Positions 58,303-59,095 of a stretch of 59,095 nucleotides of DNA are shown here, in pieces. This DNA comes from Candidatus Nanohaloarchaea archaeon (lineage in GTDB: Archaea; Nanohalarchaeota; Nanosalinia; Nanosalinales; Nanosalinaceae). The stretch is taken from NCBI GenBank assembly GCA_046497485.1, contig JAWOFP010000045.1:1-59095 (forward strand). Direction: 5' to 3'. The notes beneath the pieces were generated by a model, which was given only the letters and a program-made list of their open reading frames with translations, ran no database searches and was not told the DNA's origin. The position numbers and the translations under genes were made by a program. How positions within the stretch are numbered: position 1 is the stretch's first letter; every line of letters begins with the position of its first letter.

Positions 58303-58819
58303 ATGAAGGCCTGGAAATCCCTAGCCCTACTAACTGCATATATTTTTCTCGCCGTAACTGTATCCGCCCAAGGCCTTGGAGGAGCGGAAATGACGGTAGA
58401 GGAAAGCCTCACTACTTTTGTGACGGAAGTTTTGGGTTTTCCTGTAGCTGATGTATCTGAGGTTATTCTCTTTGTAGTTGGGCCTATTTTTGCGTTCTAC
58501 TTTTTCTTGACTAACATGATGACTATGGCCTTCGAGAACTTCGAGGACAGAATAGGGCGAGATGAATGGGATAAAAAGGAAGAATTACCGACCAATCTCA
58601 AACTTTTCTCACTAGTTACCGCATTCATAACAGTTGTTACTATAGGAAGAGTTGCTCCAGGCCTAATAATGGTTTTCGGAGCTCTCGCACTAATCCTCGG
58701 AATCTTGATGATGACAGGCCTACTGACTAGAGATGAAAACGGAAATAATGGCGGAGGAAGTGAAGAAGACGCTGGAGATACCGGAGGCGGAGCCGACAAT
58801 AACGGTAATGGCGCAACAA
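58303..58819 (+). CDS. Signal-peptide membrane protein; the 3' end is undefined because the frame stays open through the composition junction to the window end
   Basis: It is not in the ORF track because it has no stop codon. The ATG at 58303 gives MKAWKSLALLTAYIFLAVTVSAQG, then hydrophobic segments, then NGNNGGGSEEDAGDTGGGADNNGNG. Confidence 0.45.
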
Positions 58820-59095
58820 GAGGCGGTGCCGGGGGCGGTGCGCGCGGCGCGCCACGAAGACATCAATCTGATCACGCTGCTGATCGGCTCGCGCGAGCAG
58901 GGACTGGAAGTGCTGAACAGGCGCTGCAGCATGTCGCCGACGTTGACGATGATGGTGCCCGGCGACGCGGCGGCCCGGTCGCGCTACTCGATTCCGTTCT
59001 TCCTGCATCCCAACCCGGATTTCGTCATCGAAACCCTGCCGCAGTGCATCACGCAGGAAAACCCGAACCGCTATCCGGAACCGATTCGGTCGGAC
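58820..59095 (+). other. Compositionally foreign high-GC segment encoding fragments of a bacterial-type 2OG-Fe(II) oxygenase
   Basis: The frame starting at 58853 reads HEDINLITLLIGSREQGLEVLNR, and the frame continues to RYSIPFFLHPNPDFVIETLPQCITQENPNRYPEPI. By hand count G+C is about 60% here against about 40% upstream. The segment contains no AGGCCT. Confidence 0.6.

Noticed and set aside
1-59095. CRISPR arrays, insertion sequences, transposases, integrases, rRNA genes
   Set aside because: I looked for regularly spaced direct repeats, terminal inverted repeats, DDE or tyrosine-recombinase motifs and rRNA-like non-coding stretches. I found none. All spacers are shorter than ~135 bp, except the interrupted-ORF region at 29709-30239.

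Overview
The window is a compact archaeal chromosomal segment of about 40% G+C with a strongly acidic (D/E-rich) proteome. Gene content and order are archaeal. It has a split RNA polymerase B subunit (B''/B'), GGTGA Shine-Dalgarno spacers and TTTAAAGTTT-type TATA boxes. Together these suggest a low-GC salt-in halophile, possibly a Nanohaloarchaeota/DPANN-like lineage; that placement is inference. The core is the conserved block rpoH-rpoB''-rpoB'-rpoA'-rpoA''-nusA-(ABC1 kinase)-rps12-rps7-EF2-(two small genes)-EF1alpha-(small ORF)-rps10. Around it sit housekeeping genes: a YrdC/Sua5 fragment, two CPA2 antiporters, Bud32, S15, a RecJ-like protein, S3Ae, tRNA-Lys, tRNA-Ser, NucS, RadC, HtrA, Pelota, Trm5, VapBC and Dph5. 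The unusual observations are: (1) the palindrome AGGCCT is about 20-fold over-represented by hand count, in all codon phases, on both strands and in spacers. (2) An ~18 kb block (34955-53044) is made almost entirely of unannotatable secreted, lipobox, Tat-signal or membrane proteins. It includes a domain family shared by a 998-aa polytopic protein and three tandem lipoproteins, plus a 1419-aa repeat adhesin-like protein. (3) One ORF fuses an asparagine-synthetase-like enzyme to a Dph6-type domain. (4) A terminal cluster encodes small signal-peptide membrane proteins with Gly/Asp-rich tails. (5) An abrupt junction near 58820 leads into ~60% GC bacterial-type 2OG-Fe(II) oxygenase fragments, one of them apparently inverted, which most likely marks a chimeric contig end. 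I saw no CRISPR array, transposase or integrase.
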